Origin: Octopus sinensis
Lineage: Eukaryota
NCBI RefSeq assembly: GCF_006345805.1
Contig: NC_043001.1
Coordinates: 20,646,001 to 20,710,000, forward strand
DNA: 64,000 bases
Reading direction: 5' to 3'
Shown: piece after piece, positions 12,463-25,506 of the stretch
How positions within the stretch are numbered: position 1 is the first letter of the stretch
Layout: the number at the start of each line of letters is the position of its first letter
Position numbers and translations under genes: made by a program
Notes under the pieces: generated by a model
Database searches by the model: none
Seen by the model: only the letters and a program-made list of their open reading frames with translations
Told to the model about the DNA's origin: nothing

Positions 12463-12765
12463 TACTGGCACTCCATCAATTACGACAAGCTTACCAGCTG
12501 ATCTGATAAACGTAACAGCCCGCTCAGGAAATTAAGATAAGATCAATGTGCAAGTAGCTGACCACTCCACAGATACATGCACCCTTAACAAACTTCTCAG
12601 GGTAATTTAGCATGACTAACAATGTGACAAGGCTAGCCCTTGGAATTACAAGTACAATTCATTTTTGCCAGCTGAGTGGACTGGAGCAATGTGAAATAAA
12701 GTGTCTTGCTCAAGGACACAATGTGTCACTGGGAATTGAACTCACAACCTTGTGATTGTAAGCCA
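12463..12765 (-). mobile_element. SINE with a CORE/V-like head and a family-C-like tail
   Basis: Minus strand: gagttcaattcccagtgacacattgtgtccttgagcaagacacttt..., with a tail similar to 35590-35780. Confidence 0.6.
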
Positions 12766-14413
12766 CACACACACACACATACATACATGTGGATCATCAC
12801 TGGTGACAAGAGTTGGGTCTATGGATACAAGCATATGAAGCAGCAGAGGTCTCAATGGAAAACTCTTCATCTCCTGCAACACACACACACACACACGTGT
12901 TTGGGTGTGTGTGTGTACAGAAGGGCGGTCACTGACTCAGAGACAAAAGAATCTGTTGGATGGGATGATTAGCTTTTAGACACAATCAACAAGTTAATTA
13001 AGATAGATTAAAATGATGTGTTGCTCTCTGATAAAGATGGATATCATAGTCCCGGCTTCTGCCAAGAAGAAAAAAATTAAGCAAAAACCGTTTGAGATTT
13101 GAAGACATATAGATGAGGTAGTACCACATTCAATCAAAAACAAATAAATAAAAATTAGCTATTTGAGTAAGGGTATAAGAGTACTGGGAGATGCTTCTTC
13201 AAAGAATCTCATAGCATTCCTACATCTTTCTCCAATAATAAATTTATTTATTTATTGATTTACTTTTGCTGAATGTGATTTTACCTCATCTATATTTCAT
13301 GGAATTTTAAATGGTCTTTGTCTAATTCCTCATCTAAGAAGTCAGTATTACAATGATTATCTTTCTTAATTACACTATAATGTTTCATTTTAATCAATAT
13401 TAATTAACTCGTTGATTACAGTTATATATCGGCCAATAGCTGATTGTCTCATCTAAAAGATTCTTTTATTTTTGAAACGTTTGATAAAGAAACATGTGGT
13501 TTGCATTCAAAATACAAACCAACAAGGATGGTTGCCTTCCAAGCAGTCTATCTGGGTTCGACTCCTGGCTGACGCAGTTATTATTATTCTAATGGCGGTG
13601 CCCCAGCATGGCCACAGCTCGTGAGCTGAAACTAGATGAAAATGAAAAAAAAATACCAAAATAATAAAACAAAAATACATCATATACCTAATCGTCCCAC
13701 CACACAAACCAATAAGAAAGCCTCTGTGATCCCCCCACTTGCAAGAAAAATGAAGTAATTCTTCCTCAAATCTGGTTTCTTAAAAAAAAAAGAGTAAGTT
13801 GCAGTCTTAGGTATGCTATGCCTGAATAAAAGATTGGATTGTCATGACTGCTATGAGTAGATAAAAGGTCTGTTTAATCAAGTCTTACTTGGTATTGAAC
13901 AGCATTTGTTTCACTAGACAATGTATATCACTGCAATACCTTAATATAATTCTTAAAACCTAGATTGAAGAAGAGTTCAATGGGCACAACAGATCCCGGT
14001 ACCAAAACAATACAGGTAATACTAGCATCACTACTGCCTCCATCAGCATCTAAAACAAGCCACAATAACCCATGTAACTAACCAAGTTAATGACTATAAT
14101 TCTTCTCAAATATCACTCTCTGTTCTGTTCACACACACAGATACCTAGCACAACCACTAAACAACACAATCCCTCAACTTTTCTCAAACCATCTGCTCTT
14201 CGTTACAACATGGACATTGTTGAGCTAAACAAAAGCAGTTTCTGAAACTTCAAAATGTCCTGATGGAACCTGTGCAACTCGGCAGCACAACAATCCAAAA
14301 AGCATACCTTACGAGACAACATAAGCAGGTATAGGCGCAGGTGTAACTGCAAGGCACCTTTACCAAGTATCTTCAACTATAGGCTCAAGACAATCAAAGT
14401 CTGAGTGTATTTC

Positions 14414-14815
14414 ATCATCATCGTTTAATGTCCACTTTCCATGGGTTGGACGGTTTGACTGTGGGCTGGCGAACCAGATGGCTGCACCAGACTCCAGTCA
14501 TGATCTGGCAGAGTTTCTACAGCTGGATGCCCTTCCTAACGCCAACCACTCCGAGAGTGTAGTGGGTGCTTTTATGTGCCACCGGCACGGGGGCCAGTCA
14601 GACGGCACTGGCAACACTTCGCTCGAATTTTTTTTTTTTACACATGCCAACGACACAGGTGCCAGTAAGGCAGTGCTGGTAACAATCCCGCTCGAATGGT
14701 GCCTCCTACATGCCACCGGCATGGAAGCCAGTTAGCTGCTCTGGCAACGACCACGTTCAAATGGTGCTCTTAGCACCCTACTAGCATGGGGCACAAGTGC
14801 CAGTAAGGCGAAGTC
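14414..14815 (-). mobile_element. RTE LINE 3' tail, repeat variant Y (cgagcgtgatcgttaccag type)
   Basis: Reverse complement of the conserved tail plus repeat units. Confidence 0.75.
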
Positions 14816-17560
14816 GAAAATTGAAAGAAGCCCATTGTATGTATGTGTGTGTGTGTGTTTGTTTCCTAGTCTTGACATAGTATTATAGTTGTAAAATAGT
14901 CTTTTGTACTCTAGGCACAAGGCCCAAAATTTGGGGGAAGGGGGCCAGTGAAATAGATCGACTGGGGTCGATCTAATTGTAAAACCCAACACAATTTAAA
15001 AACCCAACAAAAACTCCAAAATCTACACTGAAAACTGGAACACATATATTATATATAATTTAATTTAAATTTGGACCTGAACTTTGAATTATTCCTTACA
15101 TCAGAAACCAGAAAAGCAACAGAGAAATCCAACAAGCTGCAAACTAATAAAATTTTGAGCACACACTTAAGAAACTTTCACCCTGAAGGAATCACTGCAC
15201 TCACTAAACATCTTCAACTATTCATATATACATATACACACACATTATCTATACATACATACATATATATATCACCCTGACCGACCAGGCTATCAGATGT
15301 TGCTATACATCGCTGGTCACAATGCGCTTCTCATTGTTTTAGCCTTCAAAGGACGCCACCCCGCTGGCTAAGCGGGCAGGCCAACAGAAGAAAGAGTGAG
15401 AGAAAGTTGTGACGAAAGAGTACAGCAGGGATCGCCACCAGCCCCTGCCAGAGCCTCGTGGAGCTTTAGGTGTTTAGCTCAACAAACACTCACAACGCCC
15501 GGTCTGGGAATCGAAACCGCGATCCTACGACCGCAAGTCTGCTGCCCTAACCACTGAGAGAGAGAGAGAGAGAGAGATGAAATTTACAGAAAAACAAAAA
15601 GACGAAGACAGGTGTATTAGCTTGACACTCGGAAAAGTGAGAGAGTCTTTTACATTTTGAGCCTACACTCTTCAACAGAAAGGAATAAGAGAAAATAAAC
15701 AGAGAGAGAATAAAAAAGAAACTTGTGGATTTAGTGGTCAAGCATGGCAACTGGTTGGGGGAAAAAAAATGGTTTAACAGGAGGGGTTAAACTGGGTAAA
15801 ACCATTCAAATTTAAAAACCCAACAAAAACACCTTTGAAGTAGTAACACAAAGACATGCCACCTTTGTGAAATGTATACACAACTTTATATACAGATGAC
15901 ATCAATAAATCCCCCAGTCACTCAGCAGATACTGTTACACAACTATTCCGATGACACATTAATCAAATCAACTTGGTTCCAAAACAAAAGACTTAGATAA
16001 AGCAGAATCTGCCATGTTCATTCAGTATGAAACACTGACAAGATCAAAGAACATCAAATACAATAATCGCACCCAAAATGTAAACAAGACACACAAAAAA
16101 CAAAAATATTAGGAATACTGTTCCCAAACACAATTGGAGCATTTATGGACATCGTGTTTGGCCATAAGTGTTCATACCACAATAAAATGATGGTTATGAT
16201 GATGAATTGACAATGAACAAGAAGATTGCTGTACAAACATTATATATTTCTTAACTACCCACAAGTGGCTAAATACAGAGGGGACAAAAACAAGGACAAA
16301 CGGATTAAGCCGATTACATCGACCCCAGTGCATAACTGGTACTTAATTTATCGACCCCGAAAGGATGAAAGGCCAAGTCGACCTCGGCGGAATTTGAACT
16401 CAGAACGTAGCGGCAGACGAAATACTGCTAAGCATTAAGCCCGGCGTGCTAACGTTTCTGCCAGCTCACCGCCGCCTTCAGACATTATATGCTTTTCTAC
16501 TCTAGGCACAAAGCCTGAAATTTTGGGGGAGGGGGCCAGTCAATTAGATCAACCCAAATACGCAACTGGTACTTAATTTATCGACCCGAAAAGGATGAAA
16601 GGCAAAGTTGACCACAGCGGAATTTGAACTCAGAGTGTAAAGACAGACGAAATACAGCTAAGCATTTTGCTCGGCATGCTAACATTTCTGCCAGCTCACC
16701 GCCTTGTACAACCAATATATCATGACTTATGCTAGTCCTCACTCTCTCCACAATAAACTACAAACATATAAACCTGTGCAGGTGACAACAGACCATATCC
16801 ACAGACCAAAGAATAAAATACTACGAACGTGAAAGGGACACAATCCTTACAAGCTCCAACCCCAATAGCCCCTACCATTACAGGCTCAATCATATTCAGA
16901 GCCATATTAACATCCCATAATACTACGACACCATCTTTCTTAAGAGCAATATCTCTCCAACTGAGTGCAGGCAAACTTAAAAAAACACGCAAGCAATCCA
17001 AAAATAACAGCGGAACAGTAACCTCATTAACTGCAAGCACGAATAAACTCAGAGGTAAAGCGTCACGCTCTGACTGAGATGATCTTACCCATCTCCATTG
17101 AGGTCAGTCTTTTTTTGTACAGGTGTACAGAAGCAGACTATATAATGGAGGGAATGAAACACACCCAACCCACACTACCATATTACATTCTATACAATTA
17201 CCAACTAGACTACATTTAATGGTTTAGCAAACAAATTTATGAGTCATAAGTCTTTTCGACCAATATTGACCTAGGACTGAATATTAAAGCCATGAACATG
17301 TTTTACGTATGATAAATGAAAGAAAAAGAAAAAAGCAGTTAAGAACCAACAATGGAGATAACTATGATTGTACTCTGATACCAAAGCTCAAAAATATTTT
17401 TTCTTAAATTACATATGATTGGCATTATACATAATATGAAAATGTTGAGCCAAAGTGACAGGCTACTGTAGGAGTGAAAACTATTGTCCACACTGAAACA
17501 GAGTCCATTATGTGCTAAAATAATGAATTGCTAAAATCAGTTACATGACAGACAACACAT

Positions 17561-18915
17561 CATCTTCATCATCATCATCATTTAACGTCTGCTTTCCACG
17601 CTGGCATGGGTTGGACGGTTTGACTGAAGGTTGGCAAGCCAGAAGGCTGTATCAGGCTCCAATCTGATATGGCAAGGTTTCTACAGCTGGATGTCCTTCC
17701 TAATGCCGACCACGCTGAGAGTGTAGTGGGTGCTTTTTATGTGCCACCGGCATGAGGGTCAGTCAGGCGATACTGGCATCGACCAGGCTTGAATGGTGCA
17801 TTTTAAGTGCCACCAGAATGGGAGTCAGTCAGGTGGCACTGGCAACGACCACGCTCAAATGGTGCTTTTTACATGCTACCAGCGTGAGTGCCAAGAAGGG
17901 CAGTACTGGCATTGGCCACAACAATGATTTCACTTGACTCAACAGGTCTTCTCAAGCACAGTTCATTGCCCAATGATTGAAGAGTACTCTTAAATGGGCC
18001 AGTTATGCTACACTATCATAGGCCATGGTTATGGTCTCACTTGGCTTGCCAGGTCTTCTCAAGTACTGCATATCTCCGAAGGTCTCAGTCACTCATCGTT
18101 GACTCCTTGAGACCCAATTTTCAAAGGTTGTGCTTCACCCCCTCATCTCATGTCATCCTGGGTTTACCTCTTCCACAGGTTCCCTCTACTGCTAGGATGT
18201 GACACTTTTGCACACAGCTGTCCTCATCCATTCGCAACACATGACCAGACCAGCACAGTCGTCTCTCTTGCACACCACATCTGATGCTTCTTACATCCAA
18301 TTTTTCTCTCAGGGTGCTAACACTGTCGTGTATGCACACTGACGTTATACATCCAATGGAGCATACTAGCTTCATTCCTTGCAAGCTTACACATGTCCTC
18401 AGCAGTCACAGCCCATGTTTCACTTCAATGTAGCATAGCTGTTCACATACATGTGTCATTCAGTCTATCTTTTAATCTAAGTGAGAGGCCCTTTGTTACC
18501 AGCAGAGGTAGGAGCTCTCTGAACTTTAACCAGGCTATTCTTATTCAAGCAGCTACACTCTCTGAGCATTCACCCCCGCTACAGACTTGGTCACCTAGGA
18601 AACGGAAGCTATCAACTACTTCTAGTTTTTCTCCCTGTAATGTGATGCAAGCTGTTTTCTGCACATTTTCAGTGTTTATTTCCCCTAAGCATTTTCCACA
18701 CACAAAGACTATCTTCTCAGTTAGCCTTCCTTTGATATTGCTGCACCTCTTATGTGTCCACAGCTTACACTGGGTACATCTTATGGAGTTTCTACCTTCG
18801 CCTTTTCTACAGATCGAGCAGGGCCATCTACCTGAAGGGATTTGTGATTTGTCTACCTTCCTACTTACTAAGATTTTGGTTTTTGCTAGATTGTATTTAG
18901 ATCTTGTATTCATTT
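17561..18915 (-). mobile_element. 5'-truncated RTE-clade LINE (RT thumb/C-terminus remnant plus 3' UTR and (TGA)n tail)
   Basis: ORF pieces 18545-18913 (KTKILVS...LEVVDSFRFLGDQV) and 18148-18384 (LREKL...RRLCWSGHVLRM...GTCGRGKPR). The 3' UTR continues into the GGCACGTAAAAAGCACC-type repeats and the ggcgttaggaagggcatccagctgtagaaac tail. Confidence 0.85.
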
Positions 18916-19199
18916 ATGTCCCTCTTTATTCTGAGTTTGAATCCTACCAAGGTAGACTCAGCCCTTCATCCTTTCAAGATCAATAAAATAAGTACCAGCC
19001 ATGTAAAGGGATCCATATAATCAATTCACCCAAAAGTGTATCTTTAAGCCTATGCTCAAATTAAATTTGTATCTCAGGAGGGTAACTATGCCAATAATAA
19101 ACACATGCACTAGTTGACTGAACATATGTTTGATTTGAAACCATTTAATGACCACTCTACTGCAATCAATGTATTTTTTTGTGTGATGGGATTTTTTCG

Positions 19200-19651
19200 A
19201 AGACCTGTTGGAGCAAGTGAAATCGAAATCAAAATCAAATTCTATGACTGGCATCTGTGCTAGAGGAGTGCTAAGAGCACCATCCAAGAGTGATCATTGC
19301 TGGAGCAGCCAACTGGCTTCCGTACCGGTGGCACGTAAAGAGCACCATTCGAGCGTGATCGTTACCAGTGCCGCTGGATTGGCTCCTATGCAGGTGGCAC
19401 GTACAAAGCACCATTTGAGTGTGGCCATTGCCAGTACCGCCTGACTGGCCCTCATGCCGGTAGCATGCAAAAGCACTCACTACACTCTCGGAGTGGTTGG
19501 CGCAAGGAAGGGCATCCAGCTGTAGAAACTCTGCCAGATCAGATTGGAGCCTCGTGCAGCTATCTGGTTCGCCAGTCCTCAGTCAAATCGTCCAACACAT
19601 GCTAGCATGGAAAGGGGACATTAAATGATGATGATGATGATGATGATGATG
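19200..19651 (+). mobile_element. RTE LINE 3' tail (variant Y); a similar copy at ~21860-22250
   Basis: gaagacctgttggagcaagtgaaatc head, repeat units, conserved tail and (GAT)n. Confidence 0.75.
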
Positions 19652-21370
19652 AACTTAATATTTTATTGTTTGTACAACTGAATAAAAAGACTATTTTAAT
19701 TGTATAAAAGACATGATTTAAAAAAATGTTTTTGTTTAAAACTTGTTTTTGATTATTTTTGTACCATGTTTTTAAAGATTTGTTTTTTAGATTCTCATAA
19801 TAGAAAAAATAAATTATCCCACATTTATCTAATATAATCTATTTTAAGTACAGTAGAATTTTAATTTTAAGTACTTCTTAGTTTGCTTTAGAGGTGACGA
19901 ATTAGGCAAATTCAACTGTAGAAATCTTGTTCTGTACTTTTCCAGCAGTAATAACTTAAGAATATTAACATGTGCCCACATTTTTCCTTATAATCCACAT
20001 CTTTTCCAGGCAATGCAATAAAAATATTTGAATTATTTTTCATTGTTGATGATTGAATTGAAATAAAAATTTAATGCTATGTTTCTTTAATTTTCACATA
20101 TTTTTTCTTAAATTCTAAAAAGAACAGAAAGTTATCTGGACAGGGTTTAATTGCATTGGCTAATATAAAAATGATTTTAAAAATGCAAAAATAGCCAATC
20201 TATCCACCATAAGGCAGGAGGAGCCACCTGCCCTTGTTAGAGCAAAGTTGGTTTGTGAGTTGAAATTCATGCAAAATAAAAATGAAGCTTGCAATTCAGC
20301 TACTGTTCTTGTCTGAAAATAAAATATCTGAATCCTGCTACACTGAAAATCCAATCATACTGTCTGAAAGCAAACACCTTGTCAATTTACTCTAAGAAAT
20401 AATAATCTAAATTCTGAATTAAAGTTTGAAAGCAAACAAAAACTTATTAAAACTTCAGAAGTTCTTACAACTTTGGTCACTGTAATGCTTTACTTTCATT
20501 TATTTAATAAAAATTCCCCCCTCTGGGTGTGTGGTAAGTAACCAACCACATGGTTCCGGGTTCAGTCCCACTGCGTGGCACCTTGGGCAAGTGTCTTCTA
20601 CTATAGCCTCGGGCCGACCAAAGCCTTGTGAATGGATTTGGTAGACGGAAACTGAAAGAAGCCCATCGTATATATGTATATATATATATATATATGTGTG
20701 TGCGTGTGTGTTTGTGTGTCTGTGTTTGTCCCCCTAGCATTGCTTGACAACCGATGCTGGTGTGTTTATGTCCCCGTCAATTAGCGGTTCGGCAAAAGAG
20801 ACCGATAGAATAAGTACTGGGCTTACAAAGAATAAGTCCCGGGGTTGAGTTGCTCGACTAAAGGCGGTGCTCCAGCATGGCCGCAGTCAAACGACTGAAA
20901 CAAGTAAGAGTATAATGATTTTGCTTTCATTTTGCGATAGACAGCTATCATGCAGAAAATGCCAGTTTCCACATCCTGTTTTCTGATTAGGCAAAAATGA
21001 TTAAACTTTAAACCTCAGTAACATTTTTCTGCAATAAGTATGTGTGTGTGTGTGTGTGTGTGTGTATGAGAGTTTATTTATTATGGACAGCAGAAAAGAG
21101 TCCACTTGTCATCAATTGTTGTCAACTTACCACCTCTCTCCTTAAAGCTACTTATTCGTCACATTAACCTTTGTTTCCTCTCATGAGCATTTTAAAAGTT
21201 ACTTATGTGCATGTGTGCGTATGCGTGTGTGTGTGTTTACAAAAGTATGCATGCAGCATCACATGTATATCCTTGAAGTCAATTTCCAGTGTTATTCTCC
21301 CCTTTTTGACCTCACATATTTGAAATCTTGACTTTTTTTCTACAGAACCAAATTTCAAATTTTGTTTTTC

Positions 21371-22910
21371 AAAATGTAGCTTAGGAGGTGACCAATCTAA
21401 AAATGTATAAACATCATCAAATTTGGTAAAAAAAAACAAAAAAAAAACTGAATTAGTGACAAAACCTAGAAGTGGTTGCAAGTAAGTAAATGTCGACTTT
21501 AAGAATATCATTCATACACTGCCGTGTATGAAGGATATTTATTACAATATAGTGTATTCTATGAATATGAGGTAGATCTTTGCAAGATACTGAAATACTG
21601 GATTGAATCAAACATTTTGCAATATTGGTTTCCAATTTTGGCAGAATGAGCTCAGTGATACTGATTTTATGGAGTACCGTAAAGATAAAAGGCAAAGAAC
21701 CAATTTTCAAAATTTTAACCCAAAATGTAGCTTATGATGTGACTAATCTAAAAATGCAAACATCATCAAATTTTGTTAAAAACTGAGTTAGTGACAAAGC
21801 CTAGAAGTGGTTGTGAGTGAGTAAATGTTAACCTTAAGAATATTATTCACACGCTACTCTTGGAGCACTAAGAGTACCATATGAGTGAGATCGTTGCTTG
21901 AGCAACAAACTGGCCTTGAGCGTGATCGTTACTGTGTCGCCTTACTAGCACTTGTGCTGGTGGCACGTGAAACATTCGAGCGAGGACATCGCCAGTGCCG
22001 CTGGACTGGCTCCTGTGCAGGTGGCACGTAAAATGCACCATTTGGACGTGGCCGTTGCCAGTACCACCAAACTGGTCCTCGTGCCGGTGGCATGTAAAAG
22101 CACCCACTACACTCTTGGAGTGGTTGACGTTAGGAAGGGCATCCAGCTGTAGAAACATTGCCAAATCAGATTGGAGTCTGGTTTGCCAGACCTCAGTCAA
22201 ATCATTCAACCCATGCCAGCATGGAAAGCGGATGTTAAATGATGATGATGACTACCATGTGTAAATGATATTTTTTGAAAAGATTAGCATCATGACACTC
22301 ATCTTGATGAGTTCTATCATATGAGGTAAAAAATAGTTTTTAGGTTCTGAATTCAATTTTAGGCGTTACCACATTTTACGGGTCACTTGGCCCCAGTAGT
22401 TTTTATCAAAAAAATTCTTTTGATATAATTGGTATCATCAGATTCCTCTAGTGGAGATCTATCAGAGGAGTTGAATTTAAATATAGTTTTGTTTTGAAAT
22501 AAGAATAATATTTAGAGTCAAGGTTGATTTCAGGCAATTCTAGACATTAATCTCTATTTTTTGCGCTAGTTTTTACCTCAGTACTTTTTTTCTACTGAAT
22601 ATTTTTGCATATAAGTAACATGGATGGATTCCTCTCATTGAGATCTATCATATAAGTTAAAATAAAATATAGATTTCTTTAAAACAAATATTTGGAATCT
22701 GTTTTTGACATATTTTACAGAAACTTTTATTCTACTGAAGCAATTTTCAAATTTTGTAGCTGGAAATATAGCTTAGGATGTGACCAATCTAAAAATGTAA
22801 ACATCATCAAATTTGGTTAAAAACTGAGTTAGTGACAAATCCTAGAAGTGGTCACGAGTGGGTAAAAGTTGACCTTACGAATATTATTCACACATGGTAG
22901 TGTGTGAATG
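21371..22910 (+). repeat. Three dispersed direct copies of a ~145-bp unit (~21371, ~21721, ~22765), probably DNA-transposon subterminal repeats
   Basis: aaatgtagctta...aacatcatcaaattt...gacaaa.cctagaagtgg...aagaatat.attca is shared by all three. Confidence 0.65.
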
Positions 22911-23803
22911 ATATATATATATATATATATATTTTAATATTTTATCCTTTTATTTGTATTAATCATCAGATTGCAGCCATGCTGGAGCACTGCCTTTTAG
23001 TCGAATGAATCAACCCCAGTACTTATTTTTTTGAGCCTGTATTTACTCAATCAGTCTCTTTTGCCAGACTGCTAACTTATGGGGATGTAAACAAACTGAC
23101 ATTGGTTGTCATGCAGTGATGGGGGATGAATGCAACACAAACACAAAGGCACACATACATAGATACACACACACACACACACACACACATATGTATATGT
23201 ATGTATGTATGTGTATATATATATGTGTGTGTGTGTGTGTGTATCTTTGTGTTGTGTTTGTCATACCCCTCAATGCTTGACAACTGGTGCTTCTGTGTTT
23301 ACATCCTCATAACTCAGTGGTTTGACAAAAAGAGACCAATAGAATAAGCACTAGGCTTAAGAAATAAGACCTGGTGGCGATTTGTTTGACTAAAACCCTT
23401 CAAAGCAGTGTTCCAGCATGGCCACAGTCAAATGACTGAAACAAGTAAAAGAGTAAAAAGAGATACACACACACACACACACACACACACAGCAGTTTCT
23501 TATTTCTTTACAGCCCACAAGGGGCTAAACATAGAGGGGACAAACGAGGGGATTAAGTCGATTACATCAACCCCAGTGCATAACTGGTACTTAATTTATC
23601 AACCCCGAAGGGATGAAAGGCAAAGTCGACCTCGGCGGAATTTGAACTCAGAACATAATGGCAGATGAAATACCGCTAAGCATTTCACCTGGCACGCTAA
23701 CATTTCTGGCGATCAAATCCATGTGATTAGGAAGGAAATTTCTTACCTCACAGCCACACCTGAGCCTATATATATAGTATTTAAAAAACAAAGTTTTTCT
23801 CAC

Positions 23804-24079
23804 CTCTTGGAATGGCTTTACTTTCGTTGTCATGATGAATTCAAATTTACATAGTTCACATGATTTAGTATCTGCACTTTTAATCCATTTTTGTAGACAA
23901 GCTTGGTGCACCCATCGCAAACTGCCAGAACATATGCATGGCGCTACAAGTGGAGCTTCTGTTTCTCCTTCGCAGTGACAAATGCGACATATATCCATAT
24001 TACTTGAGTATTTTGAAACATGGGAATCACAATGTTCTGGAGGGATGATAGGTGTTGAACTGACATGTTGTACTGATTC
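23804..24079 (-). CDS. MARCHF8: RING-CH exon of MARCH1/8-like E3 ubiquitin ligase (92 codons, ESVQH...KPFQE)
   Basis: Translation contains [53 protein letters not shown] (C4HC3 RING-CH, very close to vertebrate MARCH1/8). Acceptor tttgcag| before 24079 and donor |gtgaga after 23804, both phase 0. Symbol means a MARCHF1/8 co-ortholog. Confidence 0.95.
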
Positions 24080-24574
24080 CTGCAAAGTAAATGTCAATAA
24101 TAAAGAATGATATTTCATACTGAATGATGTTATTTTTGTGTTTTTGTTAATTAACAGAATAATTAAACAGAAATCATAAACTAACAAGTATACAAATGTG
24201 ACATTTGATATTCAATAATTATTATTTATTGTCACCGAGTGGGTTTCACAATGGCTATGGTGATGAGAAAAGTTCATATAGGGAGTGACTGAAGAAAGAT
24301 TGTGCATGACAATACAGCTGCTCAAATGACATTGCTTTAAAAACACTAGAACAATCACTAGGTCTGCTAGAAATAGCAGTTAAATCGCCTTCAAATTATG
24401 CCTACCTTGAAAAAGAAGATATTTTCAAAGGTGGTCCTAGATAAATGAAAACAAAAAAAAAAAACTGTGGTCATAGCTGGGACTCCTTTCATCAGAGATC
24501 TGCTTGATCAAGGTTGACCTGGAGCTAAGCAACAATAACATAAATGTAAACCCGATTAATTCATTTTAATTATC

Positions 24575-25083
24575 TATCTAGCTACATACTACTAAAATTT
24601 TGCGATTGCTTGCTTGCATGCATGCTTTTCTGTAGTTTAAAACAGCCAAACCAGTGCATAATAGAAAAATACTCTAAAAGTAAGGTACCCTTGAAACGTA
24701 AATACAAATGGAATAAAACAAGTTTTACATAAATTGGAACAGGGGAACAGATAATACTGCGAAAAATTGTTTCCATTAATTTTATGTTTACATTATATAA
24801 CAATTCCTTTTGCATTTTTGTTGAAGTGAGCCCATATGCCATAAATAAATGCTGTTATTGGAGTTTGAGTTTATCCTGGAAGTTCTGTTTCTATTAGATG
24901 CTGTAAATAATCAATAAAACCTTAAACATGAACTTGTAAACCAGACCTGAGATGACACGAACGGATTGAAATATTTAACTGAATCATCATAAAATTAACT
25001 TTCATTTCAATGCAATGTTGCAATCAGCTTCAGTGTTTTATAACTTGAATTGTCAGTGACCCAACGGGTCACGGGAAGTCTAG
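24575..25083 (+). mobile_element. Non-autonomous Helitron-like element (5' end uncertain)
   Basis: Subterminal hairpin GTGACCC-aac-GGGTCAC (25056-25072) followed by CTAG|T at 25080-25084. Confidence 0.55.
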
Positions 25084-25088
25084 TACCT

Positions 25089-25506
25089 GGATCTTTTCGG
25101 TTTGAACGGCAGTTTTTTCTAGCGGTGTCATATGAAATTGTCACCCATAATTATGACCCTAGTATCGATCTATTGCATTTCTATCTATTTTAGGGTTAGG
25201 GTTAGGGGTGAGGGGAAGGGTATCTTTTTTTCTTCAGAAATGTAAATAAACCCAATCTGTTTCTTAAACAAGGGACATTTTCATACAGCACAGAATGTTT
25301 TCACCTCAATAGACGTCATTGATTGGTTGAAATTACAGAAATTGAAGAAAAAAAAACAACAAATATCTTACAAACTATAGAATTTTCTCAATAAAGCCAA
25401 GAGAAAAAGATGTTTTATAAACACATTCTACCAGTATACGAAGTTTTAAAGTGTTTAGTTACGTGGAAATTATTTTAAAAAACTGCCGTTCAAACTGAAA
25501 AGATCC
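25089..25506 (+). mobile_element. MITE with ~28-bp TIRs (GGATCTTTTCGGTTTGAACGGCAGTTTTT), 8-bp TSD and internal (TTAGGG)3; Merlin-like
   Basis: TSD tagtacct at 25081-25088 and 25507-25514. TIRs start GG, which with an 8-bp TSD matches the Merlin/IS1016 signature (superfamily call is inference). Confidence 0.85.

Larger units (their letters stand above)
9977..23803 (-). other. GT-AG intron (13,827 bp) of the MARCH gene
   Basis: Begins gtgaga, ends ttttcag, and joins the two exons in frame. Confidence 0.9.

Noticed and set aside
16732-17077. Overlapping ORFs of 102 aa (-) and 82 aa (+) in the MARCH intron
   Set aside because: No recognisable domain and no convincing splice-site pair; could be an old repeat.
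23648-24187. Single-exon 179-aa RING protein as given by the ORF track
   Set aside because: The ORF runs through both splice sites into intron sequence; only 23804-24079 is homologous.
25195-25215. Telomere or chromosome end signal
   Set aside because: Only 2-3 TTAGGG units, always inside a TSD-flanked MITE.
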